From Camelus ferus (Eukaryota), in NCBI RefSeq assembly GCF_009834535.1, contig NC_045696.1, forward strand, positions 89,282,001-89,346,000: a DNA stretch of 64,000 nt, in the 5' to 3' direction. Within the stretch, counting starts at the first letter, position 1. Each line of letters begins with the position of its first letter. This document shows, one piece after another, positions 13,981 through 26,300 of this stretch. The position numbers and the translations under genes were made by a program. Below the pieces are notes generated by a model. It had not been told where the DNA came from, did no database searches, and saw only the letters and a program-made list of their open reading frames with translations.

Positions 13981-14129
13981 AAATGGCATCTGGCAAAGGG
14001 TACCTCACATCTGGCAGCTGCAAGGTAACTTACCAAACCAGGATCTGCCAATAGGTGCTGCATTGGGCCACCTGGGGAGCTTATAAAAAATATACCAATA
14101 GTATATATATCATTTTAGTTAATACTGAA

Positions 14130-14312
14130 TTGTCTGTTTGAAAGTTGCTAAGAGATTAGATATTAAAAGTTCTCATCACAAGAAAAAAAATGTAACTATG
14201 GTGGTGATGGATGTTAACTAGACTTACTAAGCTGATCATTTCACATATATATCAAATCATTATGTTGTACACCTGAAACTAATAAATATATAGTATATCT
14301 CAATAAAAAAAA
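14130..14312 (+). mobile_element. L1MA-type 3' end
   Basis: ttgaaagttgctaagaga...ttctcatcacaagaaaaaaa...tgtacacctgaaactaat...atctcaataaaaaaa. Confidence 0.85.
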
Positions 14313-14659
14313 ATACCAGTTCCTAGATCCACTTTTTTTTTTTTTTCTTTTGCAAGGAAGCCGAAGTTGAGAAAGTTAAATGACTTGCTCAGATTTCCAT
14401 AGCTAGAAGACGAGCTGGGGTTGGGACACAGGCTCATCTGGAAGCCACAGTTCTTGTGAATAAGTAACACACTAGCCTGGCTCCCCACAAACCCACATGA
14501 ACATGAACCCCAGCTCTCCACTGATGGCTGGGCAGCCCTGTGTAAGTTTGAGTTCCCTAGTTCTATGGAACTCTGTGTGAACCCCAATTAGCTTATATGT
14601 GAAAAGGGTATGTCTACCTTCTGCTATTATTGTGATGATTAAGATAAGTGGTTTTTAAT

Positions 14660-15185
14660 GCTCCCTTGCCAAAGAACACTCGGAATACACCTATAGTTAA
14701 ACAAGTTGACTTTATTGCTCATTGGAGTGAGGGAAATGCACATCATGGTAAATCCTGGGGGTGTGTCAGTGAGAAGGTATCAGAGGATATTAAGAAAGGA
14801 TTTGGGGTTTTGTTAGTTGATTGCGGGATATTATGAAAGGATTTGGGGTTTTGTTAGTTGATTGGGGGAAGGCATAGGAAGGCAGGGGTAATTCTATGAA
14901 TGTGCATCTTCATAAATCTTATCCATAGAAGGGCAGACTAGAGAGAGGCTAAGGCAGTGGTCACTCTAATTGGCCAGGATAGCTGTGTGTCCATCGTGGC
15001 TTGGACAATGTTCATGTTTTGTCTGTGTTCAGACATGATTCAGGAGTAGTCTTGTTTTTGTCTTCATCCATCGTGGTCACAGAGGGGCCTTTTCTGATGA
15101 TATTCTGTGAAGTTATTTGTGTTTATGTTCAACAGAAGAATATTGAGGCCCAGTGATTGTACCAGGCCAGTTCTTCCCTGAATAT
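14660..15185. mobile_element. Probable solo LTR (ERV1/MER type) containing a 41-bp tandem duplication
   Basis: aacaagttgactttattgctcattg...tgtttatgttcaacag...aggccagttc; duplicated unit at 14785-14866. Confidence 0.5.
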
Positions 15186-15659
15186 AAAGTATCTTATCAT
15201 AGTCTTGGACTCAGGGGTGTGCCATCCATGGGGTTGTGACTTTTATTGTAGTCACCCACACTGCCAAGTGCTGGTCCTTTGAGTCATAGTGAGGCAGGTA
15301 GGGGAATTCTCGGGCGGAGACATCTGGAAGCATCTAAAAGACAGATACCCTTTCAAGCTGCAATGATCCATTTTCTTCTGCAGCATCAGGCATACAGGAA
15401 GCCATCGCCCTGAGGTCAAGGGTTTTTCAGCCTGTGGAGTATTTCAGAAAGAGCAAACAGGGGGCTGCAAGTTAGAGGACACATTCTGGACTCTGCCTTT
15501 GCCTCCTTCCTGCAGTAAATGCATACTGAGCACCTACTGTGAGCTAGATCTGGGCTAGATGCTGTGTGACATCCACCACCTCATGGAAAAGACAGACAAG
15601 CAATCAAGTTGAAAAACTGGGTGAAAGAAAACTATACAATGTGGGCCACCAATAGTCTA

Positions 15660-15825
15660 AGCAGTGGCTCTCAAACTTTCTTGAATATTGGAATCACCTG
15701 GGATCTTTAAAAATACTGAATCCCATTGTACTAAGTTAATCGGTCTGGGATGCCACTCAGGGCATGGAGATTTGAAAAACTCCCTGGGTGATTTAATATG
15801 TAGCAAAGTTTGGGAACCACTGGTT
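15660..15825. mobile_element. MER5-like hAT DNA transposon
   Basis: Inverted ends cagtggctctcaaactt ... aagtttgggaaccactg. Confidence 0.8.
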
Positions 15826-15974
15826 TAGTACATCCATCCTTACAGTTTGGGGTGGGGGTGGGGGTGTCACACAGCTGTCTAATCATTTGAAAGCTGTGGT
15901 CCCTCATTCCAGATATTTGTATGTAGATGCAAAATTTGGAAGAGAATTTCAGGGAGCTGATAGATCCTAAGAAG

Positions 15975-17300
15975 CGAATCTGGGAATTCCTTGCGCGGGG
16001 GCGGGGCTAAGGAGGGCCTCGTGAAAAATCCCCAGATACAGAAGGATCCAATCCCAATCAGGGTGACATGAGCTCTCCGTGTCCCCTCCAGAATGGCTCT
16101 GGCCCTTCTCTTTCACAGAAGCCTCGGCGTTAATGTCACCAAACCTAGTTCCCGCAGGGCGGTAAACAACCACCAAGCGGCCGCTGTGCGCACGTGTGCC
16201 AGTGTGCACGCTAGTGTACACGCCAGCGTGCACGCGCGGGGCCGCGGGCGAGCGTGCGTTTCCGTTAGGGAGTCCTGAACGCCTCCGGCAGCCGCTGCAG
16301 CAGCGCGCCCGGCACCCCCTCCCGCCCAGTCCCCTCCCCCGGTGGCTCTTGGTCGCCCTCTTCCCTCCCCCCCGGCAGCGTCGATCGCCTCCGGGTGCGC
16401 GGGGCAGCGCTCTGCACGCGAACCCCTCCTGCAGGCGCCCAGGCGCGAGCCAAGCGCCGATCTCCGGGCGCGTTTGGCGCCCCCTCCCAGCCACCGGGCG
16501 ACGATGAGCGGAGGCGCGGGGGTCGCGGAGAGCAGGTGAGCCCAGCCGCCGGGCTGGGGGCCGGGGGGTTCGGAAAGAGAAAGGGCAGAGTGGGGGTGGG
16601 GGTGGGCCAGCTGGACCCAGCATCGCCGCCTGGGGAAAGGGCTTTGCCCCCTTCAGCACCCTCCACCGAGGGCTCTGCTTTGCCCTTTCTTGGGTGGGGC
16701 GAGGGCTCCACTCCCGCCCTGGCATCCCCGCTCTGGCCGCACAAACAAAGCGCCCTTCCGCGGCGGCGCCTGCCCCGCGCGAGCACGGAGCCTGGGAGGA
16801 GACGCGCCCGCCATCCCTGACTCCGACCCCCTACCCGGGGCGGGGACGGGGCCCAGGCGGCTGCACTTGGGTTTGGTAGGTGGCACCGGGGTCGCGCGCA
16901 GGTGCTGGCGCGGGAGGCGGCGGCGCGCAGCTTGGAGGCCCCGCGCGCCCGGCCCGGAGGCGGGGCTACGGGCGGTGCTGCTGCCCCCTGCCGCCACCGC
17001 CTCCCTGCCGCTGCTCCCGGGCAGCGCGGCGGCGGCGGCTGCAGGTGGGCCCACATCCTCCAGGAAGCAGCTGCGGGCGGCGGGTGGGTGTGGAGGAGGG
17101 CAGGTCGCCCTGCGGCTCCCGCTTTGCTTTCCGCAAATGGACTGGCGCTGTTTCCGCCTCCTCGGTTGACTCCCTGCCCCCAAGGCCCGTCTTCTGCTGT
17201 CCTCGTCTGCCCCCAGCCCTCCAGCTTCAGCCCTCTGGAGCGTCTGCGTCCTCCGCACCTGGAGGATTTGGGAGGTTTCTCTGAACACCATGGGCTCTTT
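15975..17300. promoter_or_regulatory. CpG island, probable promoter of FIIND-DD gene
   Basis: Very high GC and CpG density; GC box (ggggcggggc ~15998-16008), two CCAAT (~16048-16058), GTAAACA (16162-16168), E-box CACGTG (16191-16196). Confidence 0.85.
16504..16535 (+). CDS. FIIND-DD gene, candidate coding exon 1 (MSGGAGVAES)
   Basis: ATG in CpG island with purine at -3 (ACGATGA); donor AG|GTGAGC; ends in phase 2, matching the 26105 exon. Confidence 0.55.
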
Positions 17301-20300
17301 GGCCCCTCTGCTCTCAGGCTGTGTTGAGAGCAGGATTATTTCCCCTCTTTGGCCATGTGTGGAGCCCTCCCCCGCTGCCCGCTGGTCAGCCACTCTACTC
17401 CCCTAAGGGGTTGCTCACGAGATAAACATTGCTTGGAGGGTTTCTGCTATTACTGTAACTGCAGCCAATGCCTCTGTCTTCAGCGCCCCACAGACTTTTA
17501 AAAACAGCTACTTTTTACGTGGGTATGTCTTTTAAGAGCTGGTTTGGGGATGCTCTAACGAGTTTTCCAGAGGTCCCCACTGTCATCTGCAAAAGTAGGC
17601 TTTTAGCATTGGATATAATATTTCAGCCGAAGACACGTGATAGATTGTTTGTGAAATACATCCTTTAGGTAATCCTCTCATTGCGGTAGGTGCTTGCAGG
17701 AAGTCCACCCAGAGCAGTGCGGAAACGCTCAGCAAAGATTTGAGACTCAGCAGAGAACTTACTTATGGGACAGTAACTGCAAAATAAATTTTCCACAGTA
17801 ACAACTAGGGGAAGAAGAGAATGCCGAGGGTTAAAAAGTTCATAATTTTTTTTCGTGAATCATTGAACATTAGGCTCAGCTTCTCTCAGGGAAGAAGAAG
17901 GGTTTTTGTTTGTTTTGTCTTTTTGAGTTTTTTCTTGTCTATTCTTTAAAGCACTGTTGCAGTCAGGAAGACAGCCTAGGAAAGTCTGTTGCAGATAGGT
18001 TTTGCGGTTTAATTTCTTGAAGTTAGAGCATGAATAAAACCACACTAGGACCCCCCACCATGGAATATCAAAAACATTTCTTTAGAGATGGTCACTTAAC
18101 AGCAACACTTGCAAATGACTGTTAAAGAGAACTTCGAATCAAATTATGGCTAAAGTTAAGTTTTGTTCTTCAAAACAAACAACAACAAAAAAGAGGAAGT
18201 GAATTGAAATATAGTGTGTGAAATTAGCAGTTATTTATATAGACAGAGCTAACTAAACTCAGCTGCCCCGCCCCCTGTCCCCAGAACTACCAGCCTTCCT
18301 AGTATTACTCTAAGATATGGCCCCTCCTCACCCCGCGAAAACTCGTTAGTCCACCATCCCAGATCTTTCTGGCCTCTTCAGAGAGCTTGTTGCTAATGTG
18401 TCATTTACACATTTCAGTGTGGCAACAAAGTCCATAGCATTTTGTGTCAAACAACAAAGGAGGTGCAATTCTCAGTAAATTGTAAAGCACCCTACGGATG
18501 TTTGCTACTGTTGCTTGTGATTTCTAGTAGCTGCACAGTATGACACTCTTGATACTTAGCCATTCCCACATTTTTGGCCATTTAAGCTGTTACTACAGGT
18601 TTTTAAGTACTGAGGAAGTCTCTAACTTATATCTAATTATCACATTCTTTCTGTCATTTATTTGTCCAATGAACATTCTTTTCTCCTTGCAAACAGTGCG
18701 TAGATGCTGGGAATGTGGAATCCTTGGCTGCAGGTGCGCGAGTGCACACACACACACACACTCACACACACTCACTCACAGTCCTCTTATTCCTTTAGTT
18801 CCCAGGGGTGACAGGCTTATAAACAAAGCACAGCAGAGAAGTGCAATAAAACCATGAACCTGGATGTATATCTGACACTGCTCACTCAGGGAGGGGAGTA
18901 GAGAAGAGATCCCTTCTACTGGGCTGTCATGGGAATTCTCACCTCCCCCACCCACCATCCCCACCCCAGGCCAGCTCTCCTTCTTGTCCACCCTGGGCAT
19001 TTCCGATTGCTTTCTTGTCCCCCTTCTTCCTCTCCTTCCTCTCCTTCTCCTCCCCTCACTGCTGGAAGTATTCCAGCTGCCTCCTTTCTCCCTTAAACCA
19101 GTTTAGTTCCAGCCCTTTTCCCTCTTGACCCCACTTTCCTCTGGAGTACATCATACAGAGGTTTCATTGGCCGTTAGTTACAAGGAAGAAGGAGGGAGTA
19201 AACCTTGAAACTGTTCCCCCTAATCCCTGCCACCCCACAGCTGCCTTTTGGGCCATAGCCCCCAATGTGGTCACCTCTTCACCTTGCCCCCTACCCCCGA
19301 GGGTCATTCTCCAGTCCCATCCATGGGCTGCAAAGCTAAGGCCCTGGATACTTTTCCTTTCCAAGATGCTGAAAACCCTTCTTTTGTATGTCTATTCAGT
19401 CGTACCGAAAACTTAGCATCTTAAGTATACAGCTTGATGAATTAGTACAAAGTGAGCACATCTGTGTAACCCCGACCCAGGTCAACCAGAAGCCCCCTCG
19501 TAGTCCTCTTACTGTCATGTCTGTCTTCCCCAAAGGAACCAGAAGTTGGTTTTCCTTGTTTGTAAACTTAATAAAAATAGAATCATACAGCATATACCCT
19601 TTTGTGTCTGTCTTCTCTTGTGCCGTTATGCTTGTGAGATTATCATCCCATTATGTTTGTGAGGTTAGCCCTCGTGCTTGCGTGTGAGCAGTTTTTCATT
19701 CTCATGGCCCACAGGGTTCCATTATATGACTATGTCACCTTTTATTCACCCATTCTCCTTTTGATGAGCACAGTAATTGTTTCCAGGTTTTGCCTATTAC
19801 ACATAATGATGCAGTGAATTCTTTGGCCTTTTGGTACCCAAAGACCTACCTGTTTCACCTTTTTTTTTTTTTTTTTAATTAATGGTGTAACTGAAAAAAG
19901 GAACTGAGAGGCCAGCTGAAGGAGTCAGCTGGAGAGCCGGGCTTGTGCATTTTTTATCTTTGTTGGCACTAAGTGTTTCTGAAGCATAGGAGATGGTGCT
20001 CTCATTCAGGGACCTGAACACAGAAGAAAAAAAAGCGGTGGGATGGCTTCCGTCCCGGGCAAGCTGACTGCAGGTGGTGTTCTTTGGGATGCTTAGAACA
20101 AAAGAAACCAGCCTGGCTTGGGAAGTGTCCTCTGGGGGCACTGACACTGGCACTCATGGTGCCCACATCTGTCCTACCCCACCACCTGTTTACACCCCTC
20201 TTCACCTTGCAGAGTCCCTGATCCTCCCCAGGGCCTGAAGTCCTTCTGTCCCAGCCGGTCTGAAAGGGGCTGTGTTGTTTGTTGGCTTTCAGAGCTTGAT

Positions 20301-23300
20301 TCTGAATGAAGGCAGTTTCCTTGGAGTGTGCTTTAAAGTTACCTAGTTCCCTGAGGGGGTTTTGTCATTCAGCACCAGGACTTCTTGGAATTCTTGGTCT
20401 GGCTTTTGTGACCTGGGGCCCTGAGATTCTCTTTAGGAAGATGCTTGGGCCTTTTGGACTCCATGCAGCCAGTGTCCGACCTGTGGCACAGGGTCAGGCA
20501 GTCCCCGTGTAAGAAGTTGAAGACAGCAGATTCTGGGACCCTGCATTGTTGACTTCCTCCTGGGCTCTCAAGCTTCAGATTTCTCCTAAAGTGGAAATAC
20601 AGAGACTACTCAGCGAACTGAGTGATCGCCACTCAGTGTCCCAGGATTGCCGTCATTTTGGTTACAGAGTGAAAGTTTCTCCACCCCCCCCCCCCCCCGT
20701 CTCTCTTCATCTCCTGCCTCTCTTTCCTTGACCACACTTACTTTTCTTCCGTTTCTGGACCTTGATCAACTCCTTCCTGTCTCATACAGAGCTGTGTACC
20801 ACCCCTTACTCCCACCCCCACCTTCATCCTTACTCTCTTGTCCATTCCTGCTTATCCTTTGTGGCTCAGTTTAAATGTCACTTCCCCAGGAAGCCCTCCC
20901 CAATTCCTCAATCTCAGACAAGTGTTCTTGGAGCACTTCCTGTCTCAGATACAAGAAGACGGTCTTCCCAGTTGCTCAAAGGCACAGACCCAGTTGCTTT
21001 GTTCACTCTCGCCTAGCGCATAACCCGTTCATGTTTGGCAAATGAATCAATTGGTAGGTAAACCAAGAGGCCTGAGACAAGTTGTAAAGTTGTCTCTGTA
21101 ACTTGCTGTGTGGTCTTGGATATTTATTAACCTGACTTCTCCTAAAGTCCATATCCCCGTCTGTAAAATAATGCGTCGGGCTGGCAGATCTTGTAGGCTC
21201 CTTTCCGTTTCATTTTTTGCTGAGTCTAGCGGTTAGGTCCTGTTTGAGGGATGGTAGCACTCTTTGAAAGTGCAAGCTGGCCTTAGCTTCATGTCTTAAC
21301 CGGCCTTAGTTTCATGCCTGTGTTCTTAGCGTAAGAGCTCTGTTCTTCCCAGTTCATCACAGCCCGCTGTGGGCTGGAACTTTAGCTTATATTTGCTTTT
21401 ACTTTGCTCTTCCTGCATCATATATGTTTATTTTCTGATCTGTCTCCCCTTCCTTGGAGGCAAGGTTCATGTGTCACATGTTAACTTTTATATCCCCTCT
21501 GCCTAGCACAGCACCTATGAGGTAATTTCAGTTGATGAAAAGAGATCTGTATTAAAGCAAATGTTACTTCCGTTGAGGTTATGCTCTGGGAAGTATAGCT
21601 ACTTCGTGAGTATGCAGAGTAACTCTTGTTTGTGACTGACATAAACTTTTCTACTTTCTTTTACCCATTTAACTTCTGGCCCATTTCCTAGGTTGATAGG
21701 GGCTAAAATAAGTAAAACACTGCTTGGTTTAATTCTGGTGGAAAGTTAAAGGAGGATTTGGGGCTCATTATGGATTTAATTATGCCTAATAACTTCATAT
21801 TAGTTACTGTAAGGCTATAGTTGAGAATACCTTCACAGACGGTAGGAACCTTAGGAAGAGAGACTGGTAAGTAAGGTTTGTCGTTATCTGCTTGGCAGAA
21901 TTTTAGGCTTTTTGTTGTGAAATGGGTTCTGCAGTCCACCCAAGATGGACAAGGTTCTTGGATAAGTTACCCAAGGCCTCTGAGCCTTATTTCCTCATCT
22001 GTGAAATGGGGATAATATTAGTTCAGTGTCAGGTGCTAAAAAGGTTGTTGCAGTGAGCCCACTGATGCACATGAGGCCCTTGGCTTGAGTTCAGCCACAC
22101 AGTAAATATTTAATAAATATTAACTATTATATTGTGGTTTTATTTTTACTTCAACAATTGTTAGATCTTTACCTGGAGAATTATTACTTATAGAGCCAGA
22201 TTTGAGTGAAATCCTCCTGGCACCTACTATCCACCTGTCCTGGCTGCAGTCTGGCTGGGGTACAGAGAGGTGGGAGGGAGAAAGAACCCCTCAGGTCAGA
22301 TTTTACTGCACCAAGATGCGGGGTTTTTCTCCTCCCACTAAGGGAGAGGGGCCTGTAACAGGTGGGGCCTGGGAGCTGATAGGCATGAGGCAGCATTGAA
22401 ATTACACTTAGTCATCCTGGTTGAGTCCAATCAAAATGTAAGGAATTTTAGTTGCCACTAAGTAAGTGTCCATGCCCTTTCCCTACTGATTTTCAGCCCC
22501 TAAGTTACATGGTGAACTTTGGAATGAAGGCCTTCTTCTCCATGGTGGCTGTGGTTTTCCTTGTAACAGACCACATGGGAAAAGCAGAATGGAGGAGGAT
22601 GTGGGGAACTGGCATCCATGCAGTGTGTCAGGCAGGAAGAAAAACTTTCCCTACCTTTCTAGGTTCTTCTGAGTGGTGTAAGAATTAAATTGATGCGAGA
22701 CAGATTAATAAAGGAGAAAATCACACAAAAGTTTAATAACAGGTATACATGGGAGAGACCCAGAAAAACTTGAGTAACTCTCCAAAGTTGCCAAAGCCCT
22801 CACCTTAAATTCCATCCTCAGCTAAAGGCTTTGAGCATGGGAGAGTTAGTGGTGGGAGGTTACCAGGAAGAGCTGGGTAAACTGGTAAGGTTGTTATGCA
22901 GATTGAAGTCACTGCCTTCTCCCCATTGATAAGAGTACAGATTCAGACACCCTTACAAATGGAGATTTCCCTTACAGATGTAAATGCTGTAGGGTACAGA
23001 AGGGTAACTCCTACTTGGTTTTCAGAGCTTTCCCCTTGCCTGCTGTTTCTTAGAAAAAACCAGGATAAAGTAACATGCCAAAGAGATGTATTTTTAGGAT
23101 GGCAAATTCTGCTGTACTACAAGCAGCTAGGGCCCTGTGATTCCCCTGGGGTTGCTCCCTCCACCTGGCTGTAACCCTGCGGCTGCCCTGTGGGTGGACT
23201 TCTCCCCCTCCTCGGATCAAAGCCTCTTCCCCCATAACTGTTCGGAGTTTTGGTACAGAGAGCTGGCCTGCTACCGTGCAGCCTCAGTACATGGAAAAAA

Positions 23301-26300
23301 TAAAGGTTTTCCATGAAGGTTTTCTGGGCTTTAGCAGTTCTGCTATCTAGGCAGATGTACACACATCTGGAAATAAAGATAAGCAGCTGTAGAGAGGGGA
23401 ATACGAAAGGGCCAGTTAAGAGAAAAATGCATTTTTGTCTCAACACAGAAGTGGATTTTTGGCAGACATGTTTTGTATAATAAGAATGGCTAACTCTGAA
23501 TACGTGTTCTCATAATTATTTTAAAATTGAAAGGTGGGACTGCCTTTTAATTTTAAAGAGGTACAAGTCTGGAGAAAAAAGATGCAGTGGTTGGCCAGTT
23601 CTTTTATGCATTTCATTGGGAACCATATTTTAGCCTTTCTTAGTGTCTTGAAACATTTCCTGATTTGGGGTTCACTACCACTCTCTGACCTCTTGAACTG
23701 AAGTTTAGGATTATGAAACAAGAGGATTCAGGTCTGAAAATGAGAATATATGTTTTTTCCTAGAATCATGGAGCTTGGGAAATACCAAATACTTGGGAAT
23801 GGTTTACCAGAAAAAATCTTCAGTCAAGAAGGTCTTCAAAATCTGGAGGCTCTGGACTTACTTGGGTGAAGAAGAGAAAGGAAAGAGCAAGCAGTTGGTC
23901 TCCTGCTTTTGTGCTCTTCTTCCTCAGTTTGCTTTCACTACCAGGTTTGGGATTTGGGGGTGAAGTGATGGAGAGTGAAGGGAGACACAGTACCAGGCAG
24001 CTATGGGGCTTTGAAGTCATAATGGCCTAGAGTCAAGTGTTCCTCTTCTGTTTGTTAGCTGTGTGATCTTGAGGAAGTTAATGAACCTCTCTGAGCCTCA
24101 GTTTGCATTTGTAAAATGGCCTTCATAGGCTTATTGGGTTGATTCAGTGAGAAGATACAGAAAGGTTTTAAATATCCGTAAGTGCAAATAACACCATTGT
24201 TGTTTTCTTCCCGCCTTTTCATTTATTCATCAAAGATTCTGATTCAGAGGGCCCAGAAAAACAGTTTTCAGAAGGCATCCTATGGAATTCTAATGTCCTC
24301 AGTCCATGCCTTGAGAAATGCTGTTCATAAAGGATGACTAGTGGTTTGGGCATCAAGGGAGAGGGCAGGGCTGTCACTTACATGCACACACAACACCAGG
24401 GGGTACCCCAACATCACAGTACATGTGCATGGAGTGCACATGGTTGGAATGCGTGACCTGCAAGTCCACAGGCAGTGACCCTTTTCGGGGGAGGGTTCAG
24501 AGAATAGTGTGTGTGTATGTGTCTATGTGTGTGTGTGATGCAGGGTGTCCTTGGGACACTGAAGAGCTTTCACTCTGGGGAAGCACACAGAGTGGGAAAC
24601 AAGGGAGCCAGGTGGAGGTCGTTGGGTGCCAAGCCAGGGAATTTAGGCTTCAGCCAGGAAGTGGTGAGAAGCCACAAAGGGGTCTCTGCAAAGACATGAC
24701 CAGCTCATGCAAATCAAGGTCACATGAGGGATGAACCGATAAACCAAGAGTAAGATGGTGATTAGGAGAATATAATCAGCCAGCCAGATGAGAGGCAGAG
24801 AGAGCTTGAACTGAAGCAGAAATAGTGGACTTGGAGGAGGGGACAGGTTTGAGAAATGTGTAGGAGAAGGCTTAGGAGGACACGATTGCTGGCTGGGAAA
24901 GAGGAAGCAGGACCTAGTGATGACTTGGAGGTTCTAGTCTGGTGACCTGGTGTTGTGATTCTCTGCAAAGGCAGGTCAGGAGGAGCAGGTTTGCATGGAA
25001 AGGGAGGGCAGTGATTAGTTAAGTGCTGATAGTATTTCATTTAAAGTGTTGACATGACCCCCTCTCCCCACCGTGCCCCCAGGCCTTGGGCACCTGGGAC
25101 TCAGGGAAGAGGCCTGGGAAGGGGGTAAAGATTTAGGACTTGAAGCCTTGACATGAAAAGCAAGCACTGGGGCATCCTGAGGAGGGTGCAGTGAAGTGGT
25201 TCTGGGACACATCCATTGCTGGGAGGCTGAGGCCAATGGGGCACGTGGAGAGGGGAGAGGCTATGGAGACAGGGGAGGGGGTGAGGGGGGAGCAGACCAG
25301 GTGAGAGGGACTGGAAGCCATGGGGGAGCCTGTCACCTGCTTCATCTAAAGAGATAGCGGCCACTAAGGACGGAGAGGGCCCGATGGGTCTGTCGGGCAG
25401 CAGTCCTGGATGGCTCTCGCTCAGTGGTTTTGGTAACGTGAGAGAGCAGAAGCCAGGTGGCTTAGGGTCTGGGAGAGGCTGGGGAGTGGGAAGCCGCGAC
25501 TGTAGGCCCTCCTGTGAGACCAGCATGAGGAGGGCGAAAGGAGGCTAGGTGGTCGGTCGTGAGGATGGAACGTTCCGTAGGCGAGGGGAGGACCGCCCAT
25601 TGAATTGAACGGGAGCTGTGGGAGCCCTTCCTTTCTCAGGCGCGCTGGATCTGGGGGAGGGGCCGCAGGGGCCGGAGGGGCCGGGTGAGAAGACCTGGGA
25701 GCCGGAGGAGGATGCACAGAGGGAGCCGGCTGGAGGGAGGGGCTGGAGGCCCGCGCCGAGTGGGCGACGACGATGGATTGCAGAAGGCGCGGCAGAGCCA
25801 GGCCGCGTGGCGGGGCACGGAGGTGCCACATCGTGAAACTGTGAAAGTGTGTGCTGGCGTTTCCGGGGGTGTGACGGGACAAGAAGGGGTTCAAGTGCAC
25901 GCTTGGTAAGTTCCATCTATCCGGGTGGTTTGGAATCAGGCGGCAGGTGGAGATGAGGGGCAGGCGGAGGATTGAGGAGGGAGAGCGTTGTTTAACGGGT
26001 AACATTTCTGGAGAAACATAGTATGATCATTTTGAAGACTTTCATAATTATTTTGTATAAAATTAGTATCCATTTATAAAACTGTTTTTCTGTTCTTGTT
26101 CTAGTGATGATCACAGTGCCTCTTCAGAAGAAAAAGGTATGGTACTCCAAGTCAGTGCTGAGTCATCCAAAACCTTAACCTGTACTGCGAGAAACATTTG
26201 TGTCTTTAGAAAATGATTTCTTTATTCATTTTATATGTTGGCTGCAATTGCTTTATTGCATTCAGGCATTCACCGACTTATAGAAATGAGTTGAAATAAT

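Noticed and set aside
15967..17393. Long overlapping ORFs (up to 263 aa) on both strands in the CpG island
   Set aside because: Stop-poor because of extreme GC content; low-complexity P/A/G/R translations with no domain motifs
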